A stretch of 50,900 nt of DNA from a virus (lineage: Duplodnaviria > Caudoviricetes): positions 1 through 50,900 of the IMG/VR virus record IMGVR_UViG_3300010047_000005; one strand, given 5' to 3'. The notes beneath the pieces were generated by a model. It was not told the origin of the DNA, made no database searches, and saw only the letters and a list, made by a program, of their open reading frames with translations. The translations under genes and the position numbers were made by a program. Below, piece after piece: positions 1 to 8,657 of the stretch. How positions within the stretch are numbered: the first letter of the stretch is position 1; every line of letters begins with the position of its first letter.

Positions 1-120
1 CCCTGATGACGGACAGCCCCCGGGTTCCGGTCTTGAGTTGGACATTGAAGATCTTCCCACTCTCGACGGTGACGCGCGGCTCGCCGCCCGGGGCGATCGG
101 GACTCCGAGGAACGACCACG
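1..120. repeat. Terminal direct repeat, copy 1 (identical to 50779-50898); circular assembly overlap
   Basis: ccctgatgacggacag...gaacgaccacg occurs at both ends, and the endolysin frame continues across the junction. Confidence 0.95.
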
Positions 121-817
121 CCCCGTTGCCGTCGGAGACTGCGATCCGGAAGCGGGCCTTCCCTCCGAATAGGTCCGTGAAGATCGAGAGGAACCCGACG
201 CCCCACGGGATGCCCCCGGCGTTCACAGGCGGGATCGAGTAGTTCTTATGCGCGCCGGGACCCGAGGGGAGCTCGGTAGGCGGGACGGCGTACGGCATGT
301 CGGTTCCTCCTCCTGCGCCTGCGGCGCTTCGTACGTACCCGATGAACGTGTCCCACGGGAACGGCTCGGGGTCGGTGTGGTCGCCCTCGTGCCAGGCGTT
401 CGTCACGTCCCGGTGCCCGCAGATTCCCCGGACTCCGGCGCGCATCTGCTCGGGGGTGACCTTCACGAGGGGGACGCCGAACTCCGCGCAGGCGCGGGCG
501 ACCACGGGCGCGGCCTGGCGCATCGTGGCATCCGAGATGGAGCCGGACAGGCCGCACAGCTCGAACTGAACCGAGCGCGAGTTCCCGGTCGGGTAACAGC
601 CGTAGGCAACGAGGGCCGTGTCGACCGACTGGACCGTCGAGTCGCCGTCGGTATCGAAGTGCGACGAGGTTCCGTCGGGTCGGGTGCGCGCGTAGTTCGC
701 CTCAGCCTCGGCGCTGGCCGTGTTCTGCGTGGCGTGGATCACGATGATCTGAGTCTGGGCTCGCGTGCCGCCGTAACTTCCGGCCTGCACAAACGGGATT
801 CCGGAGTATCGGGACAT
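1..817 (-). CDS. Endolysin, N-acetylmuramoyl-L-alanine amidase (5' part; continues at 50778-50711)
   Basis: Manual translation from ATG 817: MSRYSGIPFVQA..IIVIHATQN..SSHF..SVQFELCG..GICGHRDV..DHTDP, a Zn-amidase H/E/H/D pattern. Absent from the ORF track because it crosses the edge. Confidence 0.9.
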   Translation of the reverse strand, partial: MSRYSGIPFVQAGSYGGTRAQTQIIVIHATQNTASAEAEANYARTRPDGTSSHFDTDGDSTVQSVDTALVAYGCYPTGNSRSVQFELCGLSGSISDATMRQAAPVVARACAEFGVPLVKVTPEQMRAGVRGICGHRDVTNAWHEGDHTDPEPFPWDTFIGYVRSAAGAGGGTDMPYAVPPTELPSGPGAHKNYSIPPVNAGGIPWGVGFLSIFTDLFGGKARFRIAVSDGNGAWSFLGVPIAPGGEPRVTVESGKIFNVQLKTGTRGLSVIR

Positions 818-843
818 GGGTCCAGGTTACGACGGTGGATCTA

Positions 844-917
844 CGGTGCGCCGGCCGGGAATCGAACCCGCTACCTCCCGCCGTGAGGCGGACGCTCTAT
901 CCGGTGAGCTTCGACGC
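844..917 (-). tRNA. Degenerate tRNA-like element (Val-CAC-like, probable pseudo-tRNA)
   Basis: Reverse complement shows D-arm GCTC..GAGC, T-loop GGTTCGATTCC and acceptor GCGTCG/CGGCGC. The anticodon loop is only 6 nt (CTCACG), U8 is missing, the T-stem has a G-G mismatch, and the end is CCG. Confidence 0.65.
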
Positions 918-1015
918 TTGACGCTTCCAGGGCCTACCGCACGGCCATGCGACGGTTCCAAGGGGCGCGGCCCTGGCCGGGGCCTAAGGCTGCCTGCGGT
1001 AGCCCTGCGGAGATT

Positions 1016-3574
1016 CTAGGCGAGGGGGGAAAGCCCGGTGCGGGGGATCGTGCCGACGGGTTCGGCGACCCGCATAGGCGCGCGGGTGATCGTGGCCCAC
1101 AGACCCATAACCACGGCGTCGCCCCGGTCGGGGGAGCGGCCGAGGCGCGCGACGACATCCTCCTTCTTCTCGATCTTGTACTTCGCCGGCACGGCGGCCG
1201 TGAGCTCCCACGTCGGCGCCGTGAGGTCGGACAGGAGCAGGTCGTCGGGGGGCAGGCAGAGTGTCGGCTCATACTCGGGGTCCAGGCACTCGCGCAGGAA
1301 CCAGTACGCCGCGCTGCGGACGCCGGCGAACCCGTACTTGCCCGAGCGGTCCTTCCTCGTCGAGGCGCCCGAGCCGACGTACGCGAGGGGCCACTCCTTC
1401 AGGGCGCCCTTCGCCTTCATCTGGCGGAGCCGGTCGAACACCCCGGCGCCGACGCCCACGACGTCGACGATCAGGCGGCCGGGCTCCTGCGCGGCCAGCT
1501 CGGCGAGCGCCATCGTGTCGGGGGTCTTCTTCGCGGTGATCGTGAACGCCTGTCCCGCGAGCCGGGCGAGCACGGAGTCGTCTCCCCCTCGGCCGACATC
1601 GACGCCGGTCCAGGTCGGGCCGTCCAGGGCCGGGCGGCCGGCCCGGTCCCACACGTGCCAGCGCTCGACGGCCGCCTCGACCCACGACAGGGGGATCACG
1701 GCGTTCTCGTCGTCGGCGCAGAACTCGCCGAGCACGCGGCCCTGATAGAGGGCCGAGGTGATGCCCCACTGTTTCGCGCGCTGCTCGGCCCACTGGCGGG
1801 AGACGCGGCCGGCCGTGATCGCCTCGTCAAGGGTGACGTGCCGAGTCCACCAATCTTCGTACCCGGGCTTGCGGGAGTGGATGTCGTAGAAGCGGCCGTT
1901 CGGGGGGCCGGGCGTCGACATGGCGACGACGTACGCCTCGAAGTCCGTGTCGTCTCCGGCGTTGGACAGGGCGCCCTCGATGGCGTCCCACGTCTCGGGG
2001 GGGATGATCTTCGCCTCGTCGAGGATGTACAGGATCTCGTCGGCGTGCGCGCCCTCGACCCGTTCGGCCTGGTTGCTGGCCACGGCCGACGCGGCGCCCC
2101 ACGGGAGTTTCAGTCGGAGGTCGAGGAGTTCCACCCGGTCGAGGAACGGCCCTCGGCCGAGCTGTTCCCAGTCGAGCATCTTCGCCCATTTGTGGATCTC
2201 TGGCCAGAGGTAGACCTCCAGTTGCCTCCAGACGCTCGCGGTCGTGATGACCTTCCAGTCGATCTCGGCGAGCGAGCGCGTGGTCGCGAACCACAGCACG
2301 AGCTGACTCATGGTGGTGCTGTTGTGAGTGGGGACCATACTGTCTCCGGCCAGATACAGCCGGGAGGGCGAGCTAACGGATATGCATTGAGTCGGCTCGT
2401 CATCTACTCTACGGATTGTCGTTATCGTGCGCTGAGTGTGGCGAGAGCCCTGGGATGCACGTTCTGCCCATGGGTAGCGCTCTAGATGGTAGGGCCGGAA
2501 ATCGAATCGGGCCGCGATCCGCCACCGTCGACTGACGATGCGACCATTCAGCTTCGCGTCACTCTCGCTGATGCGCACGACTAGGCCCAAGCTACGGAGA
2601 AGTTCGGCGACGTCGAGGGCGAGCCGTTCACACGTGAGGGCGATTTCATCACACCCGCCACTTTGGGTGTACCCGTCGGTGTCCCATAGGCCCCTGACGA
2701 GCTCGCGACGCTGGGCGATAGAGGCGCGCCGGTAGATCTCGGGAATGTGCTTGTTGCCCAGTACACCCAGGGCGCGGAGTTGCTGACGCAGGCCGGGGAT
2801 GGAATAGGCCCGGCTGTTATCTTTCTCGCCGTAATTAGTGAAATGCCCCCCGGGAATGCGACTGACGATTAGGCCCGAGTCGGCCCGATTGAGCGTGATG
2901 CGGCTGTCGGCTGTCGCGCCATCGCCCAACCAAACTCCGAGCAGGTACGGGTCGATAGGCAGTGGCGCGTTGGGGAGGCTCAGGGGGCGAGTGGTGGGGA
3001 TGCGCCAGCGGAGTTGGCCACTCGGGGACTTTATGTTCCGGCTCATGTGTTCGGTAGTGACTGTGCGCGTCGCGTCCCAGTAATCACGCCAATCCTTCAC
3101 GCCATTCGGGCGACGATAGACGTCGATGGCGTTCCATTCGTGCTGCCCGTGGGATTTCATCACGGTGCCATCGGCGAACGTGATCTCGTAGACGTCGGCG
3201 GTGAAGATCTCAGACTTGCCCGTGACGTGACATATCTGTCCGTTTTCGTCGAATATTTCGTCGCCGACACGGAGATCCCCGATCGTCGACCACCCGCACG
3301 GTGTTGGTATACGCATACCTAAGGGTAGCGCCTTCCCGAGGCCGTGCGGGCCACGTACCGCGATGCGCTTCCGGCGCGGCAGCTCCTCCATCACTTCGAG
3401 CTGATACGGCGCGGCCTGGCGCCCGACCGGCCAGCGGATACAGTCCCGCGCCCACCCCGCAGGATCACGGAGGTACTTCCGGGCCTCGGCCGCCGCGTAC
3501 TCCGCGTCCTGCTCCTTCAGCTCGGCCAAGCGCCGGAGATAGTCCAGGCGGGTCCAGGTCGCAGGGAAGCTCAC
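1016..3574 (-). CDS. terL: Terminase large subunit (intein-containing)
   Basis: Walker A GPHGLGK|ST, Walker B ILYILDEA, nuclease motifs GVDVGRGGDD and SPDRGDA. Confidence 0.95.
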   Translation of the reverse strand: MSFPATWTRLDYLRRLAELKEQDAEYAAAEARKYLRDPAGWARDCIRWPVGRQAAPYQLEVMEELPRRKRIAVRGPHGLGKALPLGMRIPTPCGWSTIGDLRVGDEIFDENGQICHVTGKSEIFTADVYEITFADGTVMKSHGQHEWNAIDVYRRPNGVKDWRDYWDATRTVTTEHMSRNIKSPSGQLRWRIPTTRPLSLPNAPLPIDPYLLGVWLGDGATADSRITLNRADSGLIVSRIPGGHFTNYGEKDNSRAYSIPGLRQQLRALGVLGNKHIPEIYRRASIAQRRELVRGLWDTDGYTQSGGCDEIALTCERLALDVAELLRSLGLVVRISESDAKLNGRIVSRRWRIAARFDFRPYHLERYPWAERASQGSRHTQRTITTIRRVDDEPTQCISVSSPSRLYLAGDSMVPTHNSTTMSQLVLWFATTRSLAEIDWKVITTASVWRQLEVYLWPEIHKWAKMLDWEQLGRGPFLDRVELLDLRLKLPWGAASAVASNQAERVEGAHADEILYILDEAKIIPPETWDAIEGALSNAGDDTDFEAYVVAMSTPGPPNGRFYDIHSRKPGYEDWWTRHVTLDEAITAGRVSRQWAEQRAKQWGITSALYQGRVLGEFCADDENAVIPLSWVEAAVERWHVWDRAGRPALDGPTWTGVDVGRGGDDSVLARLAGQAFTITAKKTPDTMALAELAAQEPGRLIVDVVGVGAGVFDRLRQMKAKGALKEWPLAYVGSGASTRKDRSGKYGFAGVRSAAYWFLRECLDPEYEPTLCLPPDDLLLSDLTAPTWELTAAVPAKYKIEKKEDVVARLGRSPDRGDAVVMGLWATITRAPMRVAEPVGTIPRTGLSPLA
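2321..3331 (-). mobile_element. Class 3 intein with LAGLIDADG homing endonuclease, 337 aa
   Basis: Begins ALPLG after the P-loop Lys and ends VPTHN|S. LAGLIDADG-like motifs LLGVWLGDG and LVRGLWDTDG. Trp (HEW), Cys (TQCISV) and Thr (PTHN) triplet present. Confidence 0.9.
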
Positions 3575-4107
3575 GCGGTCGCCTCCTCCAGGGCTGCACG
3601 TTCCGCCATGCGCGCCTCGATTTCCATGATCTCTTTCTGGATCGCGTCGAGGGTGATGATCTCAACTTGCTTCGCCGCGTCGAGGCCGAGGAGCTTCGCC
3701 TCCCGCTCCAGGACTCGAAGCATGCGGTCGATCGCCGCGAGCTTCGGCATGTCGTCCGTGACGGGCGTCCCGTCGAGGTGAACGACCTTGCCGTTCTGTA
3801 CTGCCCAGTGATTCCGGAGCATGATGTCGCGGGCCGTGCGGTACATCTCCTGAAGGCGTGCAAGGTGAAGCTTCCGCACGTCGTCGGCCGGCGCCTGCCG
3901 AGTGGCGATCAGCGCTCGCTCTACGGCTCGGTGAGCAGCCCCCTTGCCTGCGAACCCGAGGGCCTTCGCGATCTCCTCGTACGTCTGCCCCTGCTCTAGG
4001 AGTCGGCACGCTTTCGCGTCGCGCTCGGCCGTGTCCAGGCTCGACGCGAACTTGCCCTTGCCGTCCCGGGGGCGATCGTTCGAGTTGCTGGCGTCGGTGG
4101 TTCCCAT
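3571..4107 (-). CDS. terS: Terminase small subunit
   Basis: HTH (GQTYEEIAKALG) and AIDRMLRVLEREAKLLGLD motif; overlaps the terL start by 4 nt. Confidence 0.8.
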   Translation of the reverse strand: MGTTDASNSNDRPRDGKGKFASSLDTAERDAKACRLLEQGQTYEEIAKALGFAGKGAAHRAVERALIATRQAPADDVRKLHLARLQEMYRTARDIMLRNHWAVQNGKVVHLDGTPVTDDMPKLAAIDRMLRVLEREAKLLGLDAAKQVEIITLDAIQKEIMEIEARMAERAALEEATA

Positions 4108-4150
4108 GGGTCCAGTGTCCTACAGATCTCCGTTTCACCGGACACGAGTA

Positions 4151-4179
4151 GGCCCCCGAATCCGTGAGGATCGGGGGCC
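4151..4179. terminator. GC-rich hairpin, probable terminator
   Basis: ggcccccga...tcgggggcc between the early genes and terS. Confidence 0.6.
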
Positions 4180-4192
4180 GTTGTGCTCGTAC

Positions 4193-4372
4193 TCAGGCGA
4201 GCGGGACGGAGATGGTCAGGCTGCTCGTGTCTTGCGCCGGGCGTGCCCAGTCGCGGATTGCCTCGACGAGGGTGGAGATCACGTCGTCTGGCATGGCGAC
4301 GGAGCCGTTACGGCGGGCGAAGTCCTCGCACCACGTGCCTTCGTCGAGTTGGATCTCGACCACGATCTTCAC
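4193..4372 (-). CDS. Hypothetical protein, 59 aa
   Basis: Manual translation VKIVVEIQLDEGTWCEDF...; GTGA overlap with the upstream gene. Confidence 0.65.
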   Translation of the reverse strand: MKIVVEIQLDEGTWCEDFARRNGSVAMPDDVISTLVEAIRDWARPAQDTSSLTISVPLA

Positions 4373-4569
4373 TTGTCAGCCTTCCCTGCCAGCACGTGAG
4401 GCGCGGCCGTGTTGAATAGGCCCATGGCGATATCGATCGCCTCGGCCGGCTCGATGATGAACTCCAGGGACTCGGCGCCCGGGTTCCCGCAGTGGTCACA
4501 CTGATCCTGAGAGATGATCAGCTTCGTCTGCCCGTGCTCGCTGCTGGCGATCTCTAGTCCTCGGCACAT
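4369..4569 (-). CDS. Hypothetical protein
   Basis: ORF packed in operon with GGAGG RBS. Confidence 0.65.
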   Translation of the reverse strand: MCRGLEIASSEHGQTKLIISQDQCDHCGNPGAESLEFIIEPAEAIDIAMGLFNTAAPHVLAGKADK

Positions 4570-5045
4570 GCCGGGGCCTCCTCCTGCTCGGTGATGACCG
4601 ACCCGACGACGCCGGGGACGGTCTCTAGGTGGGCTTCTGCCTTGTCGGGCTCCGTGGGCCAGGCGTGACGCACCCGCTTAGCCCGGCCTCGGATGATCGC
4701 GGGGTCGAGATTGGCGCCCGCGTCGATGGTCGCGACGAGCCAGTCGCAGAAGTCGAGCATCGCGCGGTAGCGCATCCCCTGCTTCTCGTAGAACTTGGCC
4801 CGGGTCTCGGCGACCTCGATCGCGGCGGTGAGCTCGGCCTCCGAGTGCACGAGGCGCTTCTCGATCGAGGTGGTCATGTGCCGGATCAGGTCGAAGGCGT
4901 TGCCGGTGTGCACGTGCGGAGTCGCATCCTTGAAGCGCTCGGCGACCTCTTCGAGGACGTCGGAGTGCATCAAGCGTATGTGGTCGAACTCCGTACCCGG
5001 GGGGATCTCGTTGTCCCCCTCGGGGCAGAGCTGGCAGACAAGCAC
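4554..5045 (-). CDS. Hypothetical protein (CxxC N-terminus, coiled coil)
   Basis: 163 aa ORF, G/C-ending codons, operon packing. Confidence 0.7.
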   Translation of the reverse strand: MLVCQLCPEGDNEIPPGTEFDHIRLMHSDVLEEVAERFKDATPHVHTGNAFDLIRHMTTSIEKRLVHSEAELTAAIEVAETRAKFYEKQGMRYRAMLDFCDWLVATIDAGANLDPAIIRGRAKRVRHAWPTEPDKAEAHLETVPGVVGSVITEQEEAPACAED

Positions 5046-5049
5046 GAAC

Positions 5050-5217
5050 CTAGTTCCTCTCTACAGTGATTGCGTCGATCTGGCTCACGTCCAGGTACTC
5101 GAAGCCCGGCGAGTGCTCATTCCAGTTGTTCTTGATCAGCGACCCTCCGGCGCAGCACGCCGCGATCACCACGAGGGCCGCGACACTGGCCCCGAGACTG
5201 GTCTTGCCGCTACCCAT
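5050..5217 (-). CDS. Small membrane or secreted protein
   Basis: ATG 5217 after AAGGGGA; hydrophobic LGASVAALVVIAACC. Confidence 0.6.
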   Translation of the reverse strand: MGSGKTSLGASVAALVVIAACCAGGSLIKNNWNEHSPGFEYLDVSQIDAITVERN

Positions 5218-5255
5218 GTCCCCTTCTTTCTTTGGCGTCCCGTTCGGCTCCACTC

Positions 5256-5284
5256 ACGATACAGACGTACGCCGTATACGTCAA
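5256..5284 (-). promoter_or_regulatory. Sigma70-type promoter with conserved spacer motif
   Basis: TTGACG-TATACGGCGTACGTCTG-TATCGT, 17-nt spacer. Confidence 0.8.
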
Positions 5285-5285
5285 T

Positions 5286-5311
5286 GGGGCGACCCCCGAA
5301 GGGACCGCCCC
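5286..5311 (-). terminator. Hairpin with C(UUCG)G loop directly upstream of the promoter
   Basis: ggggcg..ccgaag..cgcccc. Confidence 0.55.
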
Positions 5312-5315
5312 ACGC

Positions 5316-5549
5316 CTATCTGTTCAGTAGGTCGTCTCGGGAGTACAAGCCTTTCTTGACTCCCGCATGCAGGTGGCCTGTGTGCCACGCCTCGACGTGC
5401 TCACACCAGAAGACTGACATTCGACACGAGTGATCGGTCTCCCGAGCTGCGCGCTTAGCGGCTTTCTTGTGGTGGAACCCCTGCTTGTGGTGCGTCTCGC
5501 ACCACCTGTACGAGGGCTTGTGTCGAGCCTTCGCGCCGACGTGCTTCAC
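5316..5549 (-). CDS. His/Cys-rich hypothetical protein
   Basis: VKHVGAK..WCETHHK..WCEHVEAWHTGH; start inferred at GTG 5549. Confidence 0.65.
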   Translation of the reverse strand: MKHVGAKARHKPSYRWCETHHKQGFHHKKAAKRAARETDHSCRMSVFWCEHVEAWHTGHLHAGVKKGLYSRDDLLNR

Positions 5550-5551
5550 GG

Positions 5552-5758
5552 CTACCCGCGAGGCGTGCAGAGCTGGCGACCGCGCGAGGTCTGCCACCCC
5601 TCGTCGCGGAGGTAGCCCTCGATCTTCTCGACAGTCAGGTACTCCGTAGAGCCGAGCGAGCCCCCGATCGTGATGCAGTCGAGGCATTCGTCGCACTCGA
5701 CGACGCACTCCCAACGGGTGCCGTTGGTGCCGGTTATCGTCTCGCGCTTGATGATCAT
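5552..5758 (-). CDS. Hypothetical protein (CxxC)
   Basis: MIIKRETITG..ECDEC; ATGA overlap with the upstream gene. Confidence 0.65.
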   Translation of the reverse strand: MIIKRETITGTNGTRWECVVECDECLDCITIGGSLGSTEYLTVEKIEGYLRDEGWQTSRGRQLCTPRG

Positions 5759-6204
5759 GTACGTGATCCCTTCTTCTGAATCTCTCGCTGTTCGGCTTTC
5801 CAGATCACGAGCAGGTCTTGACACTCGAAGCACATCGAAGACGCGCCTCGCTCGTCGAAGCCGTTGCCGTACTTCGGGGCGACGCCCCCGCACGCGCGCC
5901 CCTTCAGGGTGGACAGGCACTCACCCTCGTTGGGGTGTGGAGGCGGAGGCGGCGTGAACCACTCCTCGGCCTGCGCGTCCCACTCGCGACCATTGGCGCG
6001 CAGCTCGTGCACGAGGCCGAGCCAGATGTCGCGCCCGCAGTGCGTGGGGTTGTACCGCTTGCAGTCCAGACGCTTCAGGCCGGTCGACATGCACCGCGCC
6101 CCCTCGCACGATCCGGAGTGTTGGACCCCGACGCGCACATTGCAGGAGGGGCACGGCCCCGGGTTGCCGTTGCCGAGTGTGACAACCCGGGCCGTGTCCC
6201 TCAT
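5755..6204 (-). CDS. Cys-rich, probably Zn-binding hypothetical protein
   Basis: MRDTARV..CPSC..H..SC..ARC..CFEC; ATGA overlaps. Confidence 0.65.
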   Translation of the reverse strand: MRDTARVVTLGNGNPGPCPSCNVRVGVQHSGSCEGARCMSTGLKRLDCKRYNPTHCGRDIWLGLVHELRANGREWDAQAEEWFTPPPPPHPNEGECLSTLKGRACGGVAPKYGNGFDERGASSMCFECQDLLVIWKAEQREIQKKGSRT

Positions 6205-6389
6205 CTCAGGTTCTCCCGGGCGAGCCGGGCCAGCTTGGCGCGGTCGTCGTCCGTGAGGATCGTCCGCTCGCCCGTGCAGTCGGCAAGGTGGCCGTTGAGG
6301 ACGGTCACGCCTGCCAGGATTTCGTTCTCGGGAACCATGCCGGCGACGAGGCCGCACAGGTCGCACTCAACTTGGATCATCCCGTTCAT
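6201..6389 (-). CDS. Hypothetical protein (CxxC...HxxxC)
   Basis: MNGMIQVECDLCG..HLADC. Confidence 0.65.
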   Translation of the reverse strand: MNGMIQVECDLCGLVAGMVPENEILAGVTVLNGHLADCTGERTILTDDDRAKLARLARENLR

Positions 6390-6742
6390 GTGTAGTTCTC
6401 CGCTTCTGAGTCCTGCCAGATGTACCCGCCTCCCGAGTGGGTCTCGGCGTCGAGCGGGTGGTGTCCTGAGCACGGCACGACGGTGCCCTCGGGGGCGAAC
6501 TCCGGCTTGTACGCCGAGTTGCATAGGCCGAGCTCGGCCGACAGCGTGGCCTGGCCGACGAGGACCGGCCTCGTGTCGAGGGCCTGGCGCAGCTTGTGGC
6601 ACACGTGGTTCTTCACGACGGCCGCCACCTGCCTCCAGGGGCGCTCGTGGTCGAGGCGCATGATCCGGGACCCGCAAAACGAGCAGCGGACGGAGACCCC
6701 GTACTCGTTGGCATCGATCGCGAAGGCGTCGGCGTGCTTCAT
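6386..6742 (-). CDS. Hypothetical protein (CxxC...HxC)
   Basis: MKHADAFAI..RCSFCG..NHVC. Confidence 0.65.
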   Translation of the reverse strand: MKHADAFAIDANEYGVSVRCSFCGSRIMRLDHERPWRQVAAVVKNHVCHKLRQALDTRPVLVGQATLSAELGLCNSAYKPEFAPEGTVVPCSGHHPLDAETHSGGGYIWQDSEAENYT

Positions 6743-6933
6743 CCCGCCGCGCTCCCGATCGCGAGCAGTATCTCCGTCGAGTCGACGGGGAACCGCCAGT
6801 GTCCGCCCGGGGCCCGGAAGGCGCCGGGGAACTTGCCGGCCTGCGCCCAACGGCTCACGGTCTTCGGATCAACCCTCCACATGGCTGCAACTTCTCCAGC
6901 TGTCAGAAACTTAGGCTGCTGCTTACCATTCAT
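6739..6933 (-). CDS. BldC-like MerR-type winged-helix DNA-binding protein
   Basis: FLTAGEVAAMWRVDPKTVSRWAQAGK..RAPGGHWRF closely follows the BldC consensus LTPAEVA.MFRVDPKTVTRWA.AGK..RTLGGHRRY. Confidence 0.85.
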   Translation of the reverse strand: MNGKQQPKFLTAGEVAAMWRVDPKTVSRWAQAGKFPGAFRAPGGHWRFPVDSTEILLAIGSAAG

Positions 6934-7502
6934 GACGAATAACTCACTTTCGATACGTGGTATGCGCGGGACTTCTGTCGCGCGCAGGTCTTGCAGTAGC
7001 GATGGGCTCTAGATCCCCCGCGAGCTCCGAGCACCCCGTCTAGTGGGTGGCCGTTTGGGCATTCGGTCCTCTTGGCGTAGATGGCAGACGGTCCAATACC
7101 CCGAGAAATGTTGACTTTCTGTGGGACTGGTTCTCCGTGTCCGGGATTTACACACGCGCGAACTCGGCACAGGTGGTCATATTGGAGATCATTAGGAATC
7201 GGGCCAATGAGTAGCTCCCATGACGCCCGGTGGGCTGCGATGTTTCCCGCACTGCGGGCCCCTCGACCCAAGACCCCATACCCGTCCCCGTCGAGAGTCG
7301 AGGTCCATAGCCAGCATCCATTCGCAATGGTCACAGCCCGGAAGACCCTGCCGGCAAAGGTGGAAGAGGTTCGAGGGACCGCGTGAAATTTGTGATTTGG
7401 GAAAAGTTCCGAAGCTTGGCTTCGCGTCATGCTCGGAGAGTGCCCCATCCCCAGCAATATCCTTTCTACATCCTGGGGCACGTATAGCTCTGCCTCAAAC
7501 AC
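6930..7502 (-). CDS. HNH homing endonuclease
   Basis: GCWLWT..GYG..AHRASW..DHLCRVRACVNPGH..N plus CPNGH..CKTC; lower GC. Confidence 0.9.
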   Translation of the reverse strand: MFEAELYVPQDVERILLGMGHSPSMTRSQASELFPNHKFHAVPRTSSTFAGRVFRAVTIANGCWLWTSTLDGDGYGVLGRGARSAGNIAAHRASWELLIGPIPNDLQYDHLCRVRACVNPGHGEPVPQKVNISRGIGPSAIYAKRTECPNGHPLDGVLGARGGSRAHRYCKTCARQKSRAYHVSKVSYSS

Positions 7503-7543
7503 GGATGGCCTTCTCTCGGTGTGTACAGCTTCGGTTGCTCATC

Positions 7544-7732
7544 TCAGGCTCCTTTGCAAGTTGCCGCATGCTGGTCGGCGGCGGCGGACAGGACGGATAG
7601 GTCGCACCGGGTGCGGTCGTAGACCGACCTCCGGGAATCTTTGGACTCGAAGAAGTACTCCTCGCAGTCCTCGCACTTGAGCCAGACGGTTTCGTCATCA
7701 CCGGACACGGTGATTCGGGGCGCGTCCTTCAT
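7544..7732 (-). CDS. Hypothetical protein (CxxC...HxxxC)
   Basis: MKDAPRITV..KCEDC..HAATC. Confidence 0.65.
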   Translation of the reverse strand: MKDAPRITVSGDDETVWLKCEDCEEYFFESKDSRRSVYDRTRCDLSVLSAAADQHAATCKGA

Positions 7733-8283
7733 CGTGTGACCTTTCCAATGTGGGAGGGGGCGGCGTCGAAGTTGACGGCCGCGAGTCCCCTCGTGTGGGT
7801 GGTGGGCAGCTCGACGAGCGGGTGCCCGAACTTGTGGGCCAGCATCACGGCGAGCACGAGGGCGTCGGCCTCGTTGTCGTTGGCCGTGTGGCAGGCGTTG
7901 CCGTAGCGGTCGCGGACGTCGCGGAGCACGAGCTCCTTCTTTGCCAGGCCGTTGCCCGTGGCGTACATCGCGCGATTGCTCGGCGGGATGACGGCGTACT
8001 CGATCTTGTTGACCCACAGCATGTGAGCCGTGATCCACCACAGACCGGCGCGCTCGTGGTGCCCGCGCTGACTCTGCGACTTCGAGCCGTAGGACGGCCC
8101 CTCGATCGAGGCGACGTCGGCGCCGGATACGAGCTGGCGCATGGTCCCGATGATGAAGTTCATGCGGTCGTGGCCCTTGCGCGTGCCCGTGGCGATCGTG
8201 GTCGTCCGCAGGGTGCCCCGCTCGGTGTCGAGCAGGGCTACCCCGGTCGCGGACAGCGAGAGGTCGAGGCCGACGATCCTCAT
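7729..8283 (-). CDS. RuvC-like Holliday junction resolvase
   Basis: MRIVGLDLSLSATG, SIEG, ATGNGLAKKE, NDNEADA acidic catalytic pattern. Confidence 0.85.
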   Translation of the reverse strand: MRIVGLDLSLSATGVALLDTERGTLRTTTIATGTRKGHDRMNFIIGTMRQLVSGADVASIEGPSYGSKSQSQRGHHERAGLWWITAHMLWVNKIEYAVIPPSNRAMYATGNGLAKKELVLRDVRDRYGNACHTANDNEADALVLAVMLAHKFGHPLVELPTTHTRGLAAVNFDAAPSHIGKVTR

Positions 8284-8657
8284 GTCGTGGCCCACGGGTT
8301 CGCCGGAGACGGCAGGATCACGACCCCGTTGAGCTCACCCTTGATCATCACCACGGTCTCGGCCTCGGGGAACTCCTCGAAGTCGGCGAACCCGAAGGAC
8401 GCCGGCAGGAACCGCTCTCCCGAGGTGAGCTCGTGATGAAGGACTTCACGGTCGTCGCTCTTCAGCGTGAAGTCGGCGACGATCCATCCGCCCTCGATCC
8501 GGGCGCGCTCCCCGTACCCGGCGATTCCGTAGCCGTAGCCGTCGACGTCGCCGAGGCGCACGGGGAATACCTCGGGGAACACGGGCTCGGCGTCGAGGGC
8601 GATAAGTCGGCCGTCCTTCGACCGGACTCCCACGGGGGCGATCTTGAAAGTCTTCAC
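8280..8657 (-). CDS. Hypothetical protein
   Basis: VKTFKIAPVGVRSKDGR...; GGAGG RBS, 4-nt overlaps. Confidence 0.65.
   Translation of the reverse strand: MKTFKIAPVGVRSKDGRLIALDAEPVFPEVFPVRLGDVDGYGYGIAGYGERARIEGGWIVADFTLKSDDREVLHHELTSGERFLPASFGFADFEEFPEAETVVMIKGELNGVVILPSPANPWATT

Noticed and set aside
947-2485. 512-aa + strand ORF opposite terL
   Set aside because: High-GC shadow ORF: Arg/Gly/Ala-rich, no motifs or expression signals, and the minus frame is clearly terminase
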